A DNA stretch of 64,000 nucleotides from Myxococcales bacterium. GTDB taxonomy: Bacteria; Myxococcota_A; Polyangia; Palsa-1104; JAEUJZ01. The DNA lies in NCBI GenBank assembly GCA_016794365.1, contig JAEUKB010000009.1, positions 8,355-72,354 of the forward strand. The letters are read 5' to 3'. Below the pieces are notes generated by a model, which was given only the letters and a program-made list of their open reading frames with translations, did not search any database and was not told where the DNA came from. Made by a program: the position numbers and the translations under genes. Below are positions 37,600 through 46,377 of the stretch, piece after piece. Position 1 is the first letter of the stretch, and every line of letters begins with the position of its first letter.

Positions 37600-38286
37600 T
37601 CAGTGTGGAGAGTCGTTGCTATCGCCGCTGTCGTCTTCGTGCGCTTCGCTGTCTTCGGGATCGCCACCTTCGTCAGCGCTTGGCAGTGGCTGGGGCCGTG
37701 GCGCTTGCACGCCGTCTTCGCGTGGCTTGGGTGCCGATGGAACCGACCGTGCGGCTGCGGCATAGACGGTTGCGACTTTTTGAGAAGCGACTTCGACGGA
37801 CTTTTCGCCCCATTCCATCGCAACCCCGATGAGCGCGGCTTTTCGATACAGCGGTGGCACCGAAAACGTACAGCGCCAGCGCAGGTTGGTTGGCAGCAGC
37901 GCGGGATCGCTTCCGTCCGCAGGAAGCTCTACTCCGACGGGAGGCTGACAGTCGGCCATATCAGGGACAAAGCGACGTCCGCGATCATCGGACAGCACGA
38001 GGAGCCGAATCTCTGGAATGTGCTTGGTTCCGACGACGATGAGCTGGCCTTGGCCGGTCACGAGATCGAAGGACTGAAACTCGATGCTCGACGGCATCTC
38101 GGGCGGACGATAGTGACGCTGCTTTTTCTTGCGTCGCTGTCCGCGCGAGCTTTTTCCGTGTGAAGACTTGCCGTGACCGTGTGAAACCGACGCAGCTTTG
38201 CGAAGACGAGCCTGCGCCTTTTCTGGCGACAGTGCGCACACAAGCAGCGCCATTCCCAGCAAAGCCCACAGTCGTTGAACTCTCAT
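37600..38286 (-). CDS. Secreted hypothetical protein with basic mid-region and acidic C-terminal tail
   Basis: Signal peptide MRVQRLWALLGMALLVCALS; RKKKQRHYRPP basic patch; Asp/Glu/Ser-rich tail. Confidence 0.5.
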   Translation of the reverse strand: MRVQRLWALLGMALLVCALSPEKAQARLRKAASVSHGHGKSSHGKSSRGQRRKKKQRHYRPPEMPSSIEFQSFDLVTGQGQLIVVGTKHIPEIRLLVLSDDRGRRFVPDMADCQPPVGVELPADGSDPALLPTNLRWRCTFSVPPLYRKAALIGVAMEWGEKSVEVASQKVATVYAAAARSVPSAPKPREDGVQAPRPQPLPSADEGGDPEDSEAHEDDSGDSNDSPH

Positions 38287-38322
38287 CGCGTCCCCCAGCT
38301 TTCCGCTTCGTCGGTGAGCCGC

Positions 38323-39648
38323 TTATTCGTAGTCTTCCGCGCCGAGGTGCGTGATGAGCTCTGCGCCGCGTAGATAGCGCAGCGTGTTCTTTAGCTTCAT
38401 GAGCTGAATGAACAGATCATGCTCGGGATACAGGCCCGGCACCGTCATCGGCGTCTTGAAGTAGAACGACAGCCACTCCTGCACACCCGACATGCCCGAG
38501 CGCTGCGCCAGGTCCAGAAACAGCGCCAGATCGAGCACGATCGGCGCTGCGAGGATCGAGTCTCGGCACAAGAAATCGACCTTGATCTGCATCGGATAGC
38601 CGAGCCAGCCAAAGATGTCGATGTTGTCCCAGCCCTCTTTGTTGTCGCCGCGCGGTGGGTAGTAGTTGATGCGGACGACGTGGTGGAATTCTTTGTACAG
38701 CTCGGGATACAGGTGCGGCTGAAGGATGTATTCCAGCGCGCCGAGCTTCGACATTTCCTTGGTCTTGAACGAGTCCGGATCGTCGAGCACTTCTCCGTCG
38801 CGATTGCCGAGAATGTTCGTCGAATACCAGCCTTGCAGACCGAGCATGCGCGCCTTGAGCATCGGCGCAATCACCGTCTTCATCAGCGTCTGGCCGGTTT
38901 TAAAGTCTTTGCCCGCAATCGGCAGACCTTGCTGCTTGGCCAGCTCGTGCATCGCCGGGAAGTCGAGCGACAGGTTCGGCGCTCCGTTCGCATAGGGAAC
39001 GCCGCTCTTTAGGCAGGCATACGCATAAATCGCTGACGGAGCAATGGCTGCATCCGAGGCATCAAGTCCCGCTTCAAAAGCCGCCAGCGACGAATGAACC
39101 GCTGTCGGAGTCTGATACACTTCCGTCGAGCCACACCACACCGCGACACAGCGCGAGACATCGTTTTGCTTCTTCCAGCTCGCGATGTCGGCGATGAGCT
39201 GCTCTGCGTAGTCGCGCTTCGACGTGCCGGTCTTGACGTGTGTGCCGTGCAGCTTCTTGACCCACTGCGGCTCGAACACGCCCGGCATCGGTCGCACCGT
39301 CTGAAGGTACGGTTTGATCTGGCCAAGCTGCTCGCTCTTGAGCACGCCCGCGTGCGACGCTGCTTCATAGGCATCGTCGGGGAAAATGTCCCAGCCGCCG
39401 AACACCAAGTCATTGAGCCCAGCAAGTGGCACAAAGTCTTTGATCTTCGGGGTGTTGTTGTCGGTGCGCTTGCCAATGCGGATGGTGCCAAGCTGCGTCA
39501 GCGAGCCAATCGGCTGCGCCAGGCCTTTGCGGACCGCTTCGACGCCTGCGATGGTGGTGGTGGCGACGGCGCCCATGCCGGGCAGAAGGATTCCCAGCTT
39601 GCCGCTGGCTGGTTGGATCTGTGAGCCTCGTTCGATGCCCATGTACAA
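38323..39648 (-). CDS. ino1: myo-Inositol-1-phosphate (inositol-3-phosphate) synthase
   Basis: Collinear with the MIPS family, including the Rossmann N-domain GSTEVY, SYNHLGNNDG-like NILGNRDG and the C-terminal domain. The annotated start is TTG; the first ATG is at 39642. Confidence 0.85.
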   Translation of the reverse strand: MYMGIERGSQIQPASGKLGILLPGMGAVATTTIAGVEAVRKGLAQPIGSLTQLGTIRIGKRTDNNTPKIKDFVPLAGLNDLVFGGWDIFPDDAYEAASHAGVLKSEQLGQIKPYLQTVRPMPGVFEPQWVKKLHGTHVKTGTSKRDYAEQLIADIASWKKQNDVSRCVAVWCGSTEVYQTPTAVHSSLAAFEAGLDASDAAIAPSAIYAYACLKSGVPYANGAPNLSLDFPAMHELAKQQGLPIAGKDFKTGQTLMKTVIAPMLKARMLGLQGWYSTNILGNRDGEVLDDPDSFKTKEMSKLGALEYILQPHLYPELYKEFHHVVRINYYPPRGDNKEGWDNIDIFGWLGYPMQIKVDFLCRDSILAAPIVLDLALFLDLAQRSGMSGVQEWLSFYFKTPMTVPGLYPEHDLFIQLMKLKNTLRYLRGAELITHLGAEDYE

Positions 39649-39649
39649 G

Positions 39650-40957
39650 TTACTCCTTTAAGCTCTCCGCTTCTTGCATGTTGTGCGCCAATCTTCCCAG
39701 CGTCGCCTGGTCCGCGCGAATCCGCAGCGTGGCAGCGTGCTCGCCAAACTCCTCGGACAGCACGTCCGCCGATTCAAAGATCTGCGCGCGCAGCTGCGGC
39801 TGGTCGTAGCGCACAATCAGCTCGGTTTCGATGAGCTCTGCGTCGAAGAAATCAATGATGAGCTGACGCACGCTCGCGACATCATCGGGATTTCGCGCGG
39901 AAATCGCCACGCAGCGAGGGAACCGCTCCAGCCATTCTTCTGGAACTTTTCCGTCGGGCAGCCGATCGATCTTGTTGAAAACGACCAGCTGCGGGACTTC
40001 CGCTGCACCGATCTCGGCGAGCACGCCACACGTTGTTTCGATGTGACGAAGCACCGCCGGGTCTGACGCATCGACGACGTGCAAGATCAAGCCAGCTTCC
40101 AGCGCTTCGTCGAGCGTGGTCTTAAACGAAGCCACCAGCTTGGTCGGAAGGTTGCGAATGAAGCCGACGGTGTCCGATAGCAAAATCGTCCGTCGGGGCT
40201 CGGGATGAAGCTGCCGAACCGTCGTGTCCAGCGTCGCAAACAGCTTGTCTGCGACATAGACTTCCGCCCCGGTGAGCGCGCGAAACAGCGTCGATTTGCC
40301 TGCGTTGGTATAGCCACACAGCGCGACGCGGCGCAGCCCTTGGCGTCGGGAACTGCGCGTCTTGTGTTCCCGATCGAGCGCGACGATCTCGTCTTTTAGC
40401 TCGGCAATGCGATCACGCAGCTTGCGACGATCCAGCTCGATTTGGGATTCGCCTGCGCCTTTTCCACCGATGCCGCCGCGCACTCGGTCGCCGAGTCCCT
40501 GCGTCTCGCGCAGACGCGGTGCCATGTATTCCAGACGGACCATCTCGACCTGGAGCTTGGCCTGACGGCTCTTGGCGTGACGGTGGAAGATTTCCAAGAT
40601 CACGGCGGTTCGATCGAGGACGATTTCCGCGCCCGTGGCTTTTTGGACGTTGCGCGCCTGCGACGGAGACACTTCGTGATCGATCAGAATCGCCGTCGGC
40701 TCATCGACCTGCTTGGTCAGCTGCGTCAGCTCTTCGAGCTTGCCCGGTCCCAGGTACGCCGCAGAGTCAAACGAGCCTCGTCGCTGCGTAACTTGTCCTT
40801 CGACGTGTAGACCCAGCGTCTCGGCCAGCCGAGTGAGCTCCCCGAGAGACTCACGAAAGCTCTGTTCATCATCGTCGGGAAGCTGCACTCCACAGAGCAG
40901 CGCTCGCTTCGGTAATCGTTGCGTAAGATCAGGAACTTCAGACGGAGTTTGGCTCAT
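39650..40957 (-). CDS. hflX: GTPase HflX
   Basis: HflX N-domain; G1 GYTNAGKST, G3 DTVGF and G4 NKID motifs. A start at M43 (ATG complement of 40955-40957) gives ~435 aa. The ORF upstream to 41083 is a likely over-extension. Confidence 0.85.
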   Translation of the reverse strand: MSQTPSEVPDLTQRLPKRALLCGVQLPDDDEQSFRESLGELTRLAETLGLHVEGQVTQRRGSFDSAAYLGPGKLEELTQLTKQVDEPTAILIDHEVSPSQARNVQKATGAEIVLDRTAVILEIFHRHAKSRQAKLQVEMVRLEYMAPRLRETQGLGDRVRGGIGGKGAGESQIELDRRKLRDRIAELKDEIVALDREHKTRSSRRQGLRRVALCGYTNAGKSTLFRALTGAEVYVADKLFATLDTTVRQLHPEPRRTILLSDTVGFIRNLPTKLVASFKTTLDEALEAGLILHVVDASDPAVLRHIETTCGVLAEIGAAEVPQLVVFNKIDRLPDGKVPEEWLERFPRCVAISARNPDDVASVRQLIIDFFDAELIETELIVRYDQPQLRAQIFESADVLSEEFGEHAATLRIRADQATLGRLAHNMQEAESLKE

Positions 40958-41180
40958 AGCACTCGCAATCGAGGGAGACGCAGCAGCCTTGCGGTCACTG
41001 CCTGGCTTGGAAAGCGGCACCTTATCAGCGTGTGGGGCGGCTGTCCACACGACCGGCGAGCGGCGCTTGCGTCGAAAATTCAACCACTTGTGGTGCGTGC
41101 TGATGAATACCTAACGCCTTGTCTCGCCTTGCTTCGTGGGGTTGCTGCTGCCGATAATGGCGTAGGACGGACAGCGTACC

Positions 41181-42926
41181 GTGACATCAATTCTCATCAC
41201 CGATGGACAGGAGCTGGCCGGGCTGGGCGCGGCGCGCTCGCTGGGACGGGCGGGCTACCACGTCACGGTGGCGATTCCGCAAGGGCTGTTGGCCCCGGTG
41301 ATGTCGTCTCGTTACGTCGCGCAGGTCGTGGAGTCACCCAATCCATGGTCGGATCAGCCTGCGTTTCGTCAGTTTCTGTGTGAGCAAGCGACGAAGCACT
41401 CGGTGCTGTTGCCGGTGAGCGAGGCGTCGATTGTCGCGGCAGCGGCTTGTCGGAACCAGCTTGGTAAGACGACGCTGCTTGCGCCCAGTGATGAAGCGCT
41501 GCGCTTTTCGCTGAGCAAGTATCACGCAACGCGCGCGGCGCAGTCCGTCGGGCTTTCGACGCCGCCAACCGTGTTTGTTGCAGGCGAAGACTGGCCATCG
41601 GATTTGTCGTCGGTGATGTGCGAGCTGGATGCGCTCGGGTATCCGCTGCTTATCAAGCATGACAACTACCTGACGCCGAGCGGAAAGTACGTGCGCGGGC
41701 GGACGCAGCGGGTCAGCTCTCCGCTCCAGGCGCGCGCGCTGCTTGTAGAGCTACAAGAGTACGGAGCGCAGGTGATTGCGCAGCGTCCCGTCGATGGCCA
41801 TGGCGCTGGAGTGTTCCTTCTTCGTCACAACGGACAGACGCTGCTGCGCTTTGCGCATGAGCGCCTGCACGAGGTTCCGTATACCGGTGGTGTGTCGTCG
41901 CTGCGGATGAGCTGTCACGATGATGCGCTGCTGGCGCGCTCCGAACAGCTCTTGTCGGCGATTGGCTTTGACGGCGTGGCGATGGTGGAGTTTCGTAAGA
42001 CTCCGTCGGGAACGCCGCAGTTTTTGGAAATCAACGGTCGGCTCTGGGGCTCGCTGGCGCTGGCGCTTCATGCCCAGGTAGACTTTCCGCTTTTGTGGCT
42101 GCGCAGCGTGCTCGGACAGTCTGTTCCGTCGGTGCGTGACTATCCCGATGGGCTGCGCTGTCGCAACGTACTGCCGGGAGAGCTGTCGCATCTGGCCTCG
42201 GTGCTGCGCTCGAGAGAGGTTCCGCTGACCGGAAAGCTGCGCTCGCTGTGGGAACAGGTCGCGCTGTCGTTCGATGTCTCCATTCGTCACGATCACTTGT
42301 GGTACGACGATCCGCGCCCGGCGCTGACGCAAGCCAGCTTATGGGCCCACGACGTGGGACGACGGCTCTGGGGTCGGGTGGGTAGGAGCAAGCAGATGCA
42401 CGCAGACAAAGAGATCCTTTCGCAAGAACAGAGAGACACGGAAGCGCGCTTTTCTAGGCTGCCACGGCCAGTGCGACGGGTGCTGGTGCTGTGCCTTGGC
42501 AACATCTGTCGCAGTCCGTTTGCCGAACACTATCTGCGGCGCGAATCCAAAGAGCGCGGAATGTCCGGTCTTCACGTCGAAAGCGCGGGCTTTCTTCATC
42601 ACGATGGACTGCGTACACCGACTCGCTTTGTGGAACTGGTTCGCTCGCATTCCGTAGATCTCAGCGGACATCGGGCGCGTCGTGTCACCGCGCAGCAGAT
42701 CGATGATGCCGACATGATCTTGCTGATGGATGCACAGAACCTGCGCGCGCTCCACAGTGAGTTTCCTCACGCCGTTCAAAAGACGTTTCTGATTGGTCTT
42801 TTGTCCGCGCACGGTCCCGCAGAGATTCCCGATCCCTACATGCTGTCGATCGGAGACGCGGAAGCGAGCTATCAGAAGCTGGCAGAAGCGTGTAGCGCGA
42901 CGATTCGCCGACTCCAGGCTCGCTAA
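41181..42926 (+). CDS. Fusion protein: N-terminal ATP-grasp domain enzyme + C-terminal low-molecular-weight protein tyrosine phosphatase (LMW-PTP/ArsC-like)
   Basis: ATP-grasp features: LLIKHDN...VIAQRPVDGHGAGVF, MVEFRK, EINGRLWGS. The C-terminal ~150 aa carry the CX5R P-loop VLVLCLGNICRSPFAE and the D-P-Y loop IPDPY. Confidence 0.75.
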   Translation: MTSILITDGQELAGLGAARSLGRAGYHVTVAIPQGLLAPVMSSRYVAQVVESPNPWSDQPAFRQFLCEQATKHSVLLPVSEASIVAAAACRNQLGKTTLLAPSDEALRFSLSKYHATRAAQSVGLSTPPTVFVAGEDWPSDLSSVMCELDALGYPLLIKHDNYLTPSGKYVRGRTQRVSSPLQARALLVELQEYGAQVIAQRPVDGHGAGVFLLRHNGQTLLRFAHERLHEVPYTGGVSSLRMSCHDDALLARSEQLLSAIGFDGVAMVEFRKTPSGTPQFLEINGRLWGSLALALHAQVDFPLLWLRSVLGQSVPSVRDYPDGLRCRNVLPGELSHLASVLRSREVPLTGKLRSLWEQVALSFDVSIRHDHLWYDDPRPALTQASLWAHDVGRRLWGRVGRSKQMHADKEILSQEQRDTEARFSRLPRPVRRVLVLCLGNICRSPFAEHYLRRESKERGMSGLHVESAGFLHHDGLRTPTRFVELVRSHSVDLSGHRARRVTAQQIDDADMILLMDAQNLRALHSEFPHAVQKTFLIGLLSAHGPAEIPDPYMLSIGDAEASYQKLAEACSATIRRLQAR

Positions 42927-42935
42927 CGTCATTCT

Positions 42936-43050
42936 TTAGGAGTCCTGTAGGAATCGATTAGGAGTCCTGTAGGAATCGATTAGGAGTTCTGTAGGAATCG
43001 ATTAGGAGTCCTGTGGGAATCGATTGGGAATTGACTGGGAGTCCGATCGA
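42936..43050. repeat. AT-rich 22-bp direct tandem repeat, 4 full units plus a degenerate fifth (TTAGGAGTCCTGTAGGAATCGA)
   Basis: Units at 42936-42957, 42958-42979, 42980-43001 (1 mismatch) and 43002-43023 (1 mismatch); 43024-43050 is degenerate. The array lies between the 3' ends of convergent genes. Its local GC content is far below the genome background. Confidence 0.8.
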
Positions 43051-43069
43051 GCGTCGGACTCGCGGGACG

Positions 43070-44494
43070 TTACGGTGCGGTAAACAGGCAGCGCGTCACC
43101 GGCTGGATCAGATCCGCAGAGACGTACATATAGTACTGCTTGCCACTCTGTAGCGGCGCGGGCACTGCGTCACTTACCGGGAACTTCTGCGTCAGAGCTG
43201 CGGGTCGTACGCCGTACTTGATCGTTCCGCTGGCAACCGGCGTTCCAGTGCTGGGAACATCCAGTCGCCACAGCGTTCCTTCTGGCAGATCCAAGTTGGG
43301 TGGAACCGTTGGGGATGCTGCCGCTGCTTCCATCACGTAGATGTAACGCGCGTTGCCTCCCTTCCAGATGAGGAGTCCATCTGCGCGCACACCTTCTCCG
43401 CGTGTGCAGGCACTTGGACGAAAGAAGCGCTGCTCATCCAGCGGACCTGCTGCGTACTTTTCGTTTGCGAAGTCTGCGCGCGTCTTGCCGCGATATGCCA
43501 GCTCGTTTTCAAAGAAGCGACGCATCCGTGCATCGTCGGTGGTCGGGAAGATCGAGTGACCGGGATTGCTGGGTGTGGCGCGCGTAAAGCCGTTGTTTTC
43601 CTGCGGTGTGTACGCACCAAATCCGACCGTATCGAGCCAGCCTGCACCCATCGCCAGACCGCGCGGGAAGAAGCCGTTTAGGAAGTTGCCAGGCTGATCG
43701 ACAAACCAGTTCGATGGTCCTTGCGGAGCCGAGCTTCCGTGACAGCAGATACACGCTGCGGAACGAATCTGCGACATCACCCACGCGTGCTCTTTGGCGT
43801 AGGTTGGATCTTTGAGCCGAGGATCATCGCGCAGGTTGTCTGCGGCGGCTCCTGCTTTGTAGTACGGACGCTGCGTACGGACGCGATCGCAGCTTGCGTA
43901 GTCTTCAAAGTGACGGCCTTCCTCTGTTGCACCAGAGATCATTTCCCAGGTACAGACCTTGCCGCCATCGCTCTTTCCAGGTGGTTCACCGGGCTTGGGA
44001 TCGGAACAGACTTTGATCGGCTGCTGAAAGACCGGGAGTCCGCCACCACCGCCGCTCGATTCCACTCCTCCGCAGATCGGAGCTGCGTCAAAGACACCGC
44101 CGCCAAACAGCTCGCAGCCTCTGCGCGTAGAACCACAGTTGTCTGCATTGTCGCCAATCGCGCGCGCTGCGATGTACAGACCGTCCTTTTCAAAGATGCA
44201 CTGACCAAGGATGTTCTGTTCTCCGCACGGCGTTCCGATGTCTGCGGTTCCGTCCCAGTCCGCACAGTCTTCTAGGATCTTTTCGCTGGGCCAGTCGCCG
44301 TGATAGTTGCGGCACTCCGGCTCGCCGCTGAATCTGTTCTTGTAGTTGCAGTGCCCGGAGATTTCCTCAGGAAGGAGCGGCACTTCTTTGGCAGAGCAGC
44401 CAGCGAGCACACAGCCGAGGATTGTTACGGACAACACAGAGCGCTGCGAGATCGTCCAGTTGGTTGCGCGAAAGAAACTGTGACGTGACTTCAT
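43070..44494 (-). CDS. Cys-rich lipoprotein, unknown function
   Basis: AAGGAGAG RBS; MKSRHSFF...ILGCVLAGCS lipobox; ~24 Cys residues; no known domain. Confidence 0.55.
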   Translation of the reverse strand: MKSRHSFFRATNWTISQRSVLSVTILGCVLAGCSAKEVPLLPEEISGHCNYKNRFSGEPECRNYHGDWPSEKILEDCADWDGTADIGTPCGEQNILGQCIFEKDGLYIAARAIGDNADNCGSTRRGCELFGGGVFDAAPICGGVESSGGGGGLPVFQQPIKVCSDPKPGEPPGKSDGGKVCTWEMISGATEEGRHFEDYASCDRVRTQRPYYKAGAAADNLRDDPRLKDPTYAKEHAWVMSQIRSAACICCHGSSAPQGPSNWFVDQPGNFLNGFFPRGLAMGAGWLDTVGFGAYTPQENNGFTRATPSNPGHSIFPTTDDARMRRFFENELAYRGKTRADFANEKYAAGPLDEQRFFRPSACTRGEGVRADGLLIWKGGNARYIYVMEAAAASPTVPPNLDLPEGTLWRLDVPSTGTPVASGTIKYGVRPAALTQKFPVSDAVPAPLQSGKQYYMYVSADLIQPVTRCLFTAP

Positions 44495-45010
44495 CGGATG
44501 ACTCTCCTTGGTTCGACACTTCATTCGCAGACTGCTGCTGCGTGACGAGTCCTGGTTGGGTGTACGCAGAGCTGCGCGTTGACTGCGCGATGTGGACTTC
44601 AATCAGCTGCGATCAAGTCGAACACCACCAGTTGGATGCAGCGCGCGCGGTTGCTGCGTCACTTGACTGAAGCGATGCAAACCAAACCGGAAGAGCTGCG
44701 CGCCGTCGTGTTTTGTTTCGCGCTTTGTGATTTTGAAAATCGAAGTTTGTGGCGCTGGTTGCAGCGCATCGATCGGGTTTGCGACAGCGCGGCGGTTTGC
44801 TGCGCGGAATCGGTGAGCGTAAGCTCTCTGTGCCGACGTGCGCGTGGGCTGCTGTGGCGGGGGTGTAGGACACAAGAAAACGAATTGATCCCAGTAGATA
44901 ACGATGCAAAAATCGCTGCGGGACCGTGTCTTTCTGCTCTGTCAGCGACGCTGTAGGGGGCAGTAAGGGCAGCACCCTCCAACCAACTCAAACTCGGGAG
45001 AGAGAATCGA

Positions 45011-46225
45011 ATGCGTAGAACTTCACTACTGTGGGCCGTGATGTTGGGCGGTGTTGTCACCGCTCTGGGTGGTTGTCCGGATCCAGAGACCGGAACTCCT
45101 GATGCTCCAGTGGATATGACGGTCGCCACGCCCTTTCATGTGATGGGCACAGTGGTTGGAAACTCGGACTCACCGCTCGTCAATGCCACTGTGAAGGTGG
45201 GCGCTAGTGTGGTGGCTACGGGAAACGATGGTGGCTTTTCAGCGACGCTGAGCGGTGTGAAGTATCCAGTGCCGATGTCGATCAGCGCGCCGGGCTATGT
45301 TCCGTTTATCACGCAGCTTACGGCTGAATCGATGAACGTGAAGTATCGGCTTCAGCGTCTGACCGAGGTGTCATTCCCAAGCAATGCGTTCGCGCTAACC
45401 ATCTCGGATCCGTCGAGCGGCGCGGTGGTTTCGATTCCTGCGGACGGACTGCAAGCGGTTGGTGGTGCGGCTCCTGATGGTGAGATCACGCTGGCGCTGC
45501 GCTTTGTGGATCCATCGCGTCAGCCGACTCCGGGCGGAGACGCTGCGATCGGTCAAAAGGGGGAGCCGCTTGTAATCGACTCGCTTGGCGTTATCTACGT
45601 CACGGCGCGCGACAGCAAGGGAACGGCGCTTCAGCTCAAGCAGGGTGTGTCGATGACCGTGCTGATTCCGCTGACGGCGGATCGGGTGGCGATGGCTCCC
45701 AGCGATGCGGGTCTGTGGACGCTGGATGCTACGAAGGCTGCGTGGGTTCAGGATGTGATCTCGGGTGGCGCACCTGCCAACGTGCAGCGCAGGACAACCA
45801 GCTTTAGCTGCAAAGACAAGCAGACCGATCCCTGCGACATCCTACACTGCAGCACCGTTTCGACGCAGGCTTGGGTGGGACAGGCTTCTTCGTTTGGCTT
45901 CCTAAGCGCCAGCACCACGTTCGACAAGTCCGCTTGCTTGCGCGTGGAAGTGAACCAGCCCGAGCAGATCTGCCTGCGCTTTGAGAGTCCTTCTGCGGGC
46001 GCGATCAAGGTGAAGGAAAGCTGCTACGGACAGGGCAAGCATGTCCTGTATAACCTGGCTCCCAACATGCCGGTGACGGTGAAGACGAGCACCCAAGGCG
46101 CAAGCTGTGGTCCCGATCTGTCAGCGGGCACCCAGGCCAATCCAGGCGAAGTCTGGGGCGGTACAGGTCTTCCGACGGATGCATCGGCTTGTAAGGGCTC
46201 GATCGTAATTCCGCCGAAGCCGTAA
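45011..46225 (+). CDS. Lipoprotein, unknown function (beta-rich)
   Basis: Signal peptide/lipobox MRRTSLLWAVMLGGVVTALGGC; C-terminal Cys pairs. Confidence 0.55.
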   Translation: MRRTSLLWAVMLGGVVTALGGCPDPETGTPDAPVDMTVATPFHVMGTVVGNSDSPLVNATVKVGASVVATGNDGGFSATLSGVKYPVPMSISAPGYVPFITQLTAESMNVKYRLQRLTEVSFPSNAFALTISDPSSGAVVSIPADGLQAVGGAAPDGEITLALRFVDPSRQPTPGGDAAIGQKGEPLVIDSLGVIYVTARDSKGTALQLKQGVSMTVLIPLTADRVAMAPSDAGLWTLDATKAAWVQDVISGGAPANVQRRTTSFSCKDKQTDPCDILHCSTVSTQAWVGQASSFGFLSASTTFDKSACLRVEVNQPEQICLRFESPSAGAIKVKESCYGQGKHVLYNLAPNMPVTVKTSTQGASCGPDLSAGTQANPGEVWGGTGLPTDASACKGSIVIPPKP

Positions 46226-46237
46226 CTGCACACCGTG

Positions 46238-46286
46238 ACGAAGCAGAGTCACCAACATGGTGTGACGCTGCTTCGTTGCTTCTTCC
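46238..46286 (+). terminator. Compound hairpin (outer 9-bp stem ACGAAGCAG/CTGCTTCGT with nested GTCAC/GTGAC) followed by a T-rich tract, 13 bp after the stop codon
   Basis: Inverted repeats at 46239-46247 / 46268-46276 and 46248-46252 / 46262-46266, followed by TTGCTTCTTCC. Confidence 0.5.
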
Positions 46287-46344
46287 TGACCGATTCCCCT
46301 TCTAATTCTGCGACCGATTCCGCATGCGATTCCTTAGGCGGGAC

Positions 46345-46366
46345 ATGCCTCACAATATGAGGCATA
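46345..46366 (-). terminator. Perfect 8-bp inverted repeat ATGCCTCA-caatat-TGAGGCAT, 12 bp 3' of the mutase gene stop (minus strand)
   Basis: The inverted repeat is seen directly. No clear U-tract follows, so it may be a protein-binding site rather than a terminator. Confidence 0.3.
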
Positions 46367-46377
46367 CAGGATGACTC

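Noticed and set aside
42936-43050. CRISPR array, or terminal inverted repeat of an IS element
   Set aside because: Direct 22-bp repeats with no spacers. There is no matching inverted copy, no transposase and no integrase within the window.
37486-43060. Genomic island integrated at the tRNA-Arg 3' end, bounded by the AT-rich repeat
   Set aside because: The intervening genes are core housekeeping (ino1, hflX). There is no integrase and no direct repeat of the tRNA 3' end.
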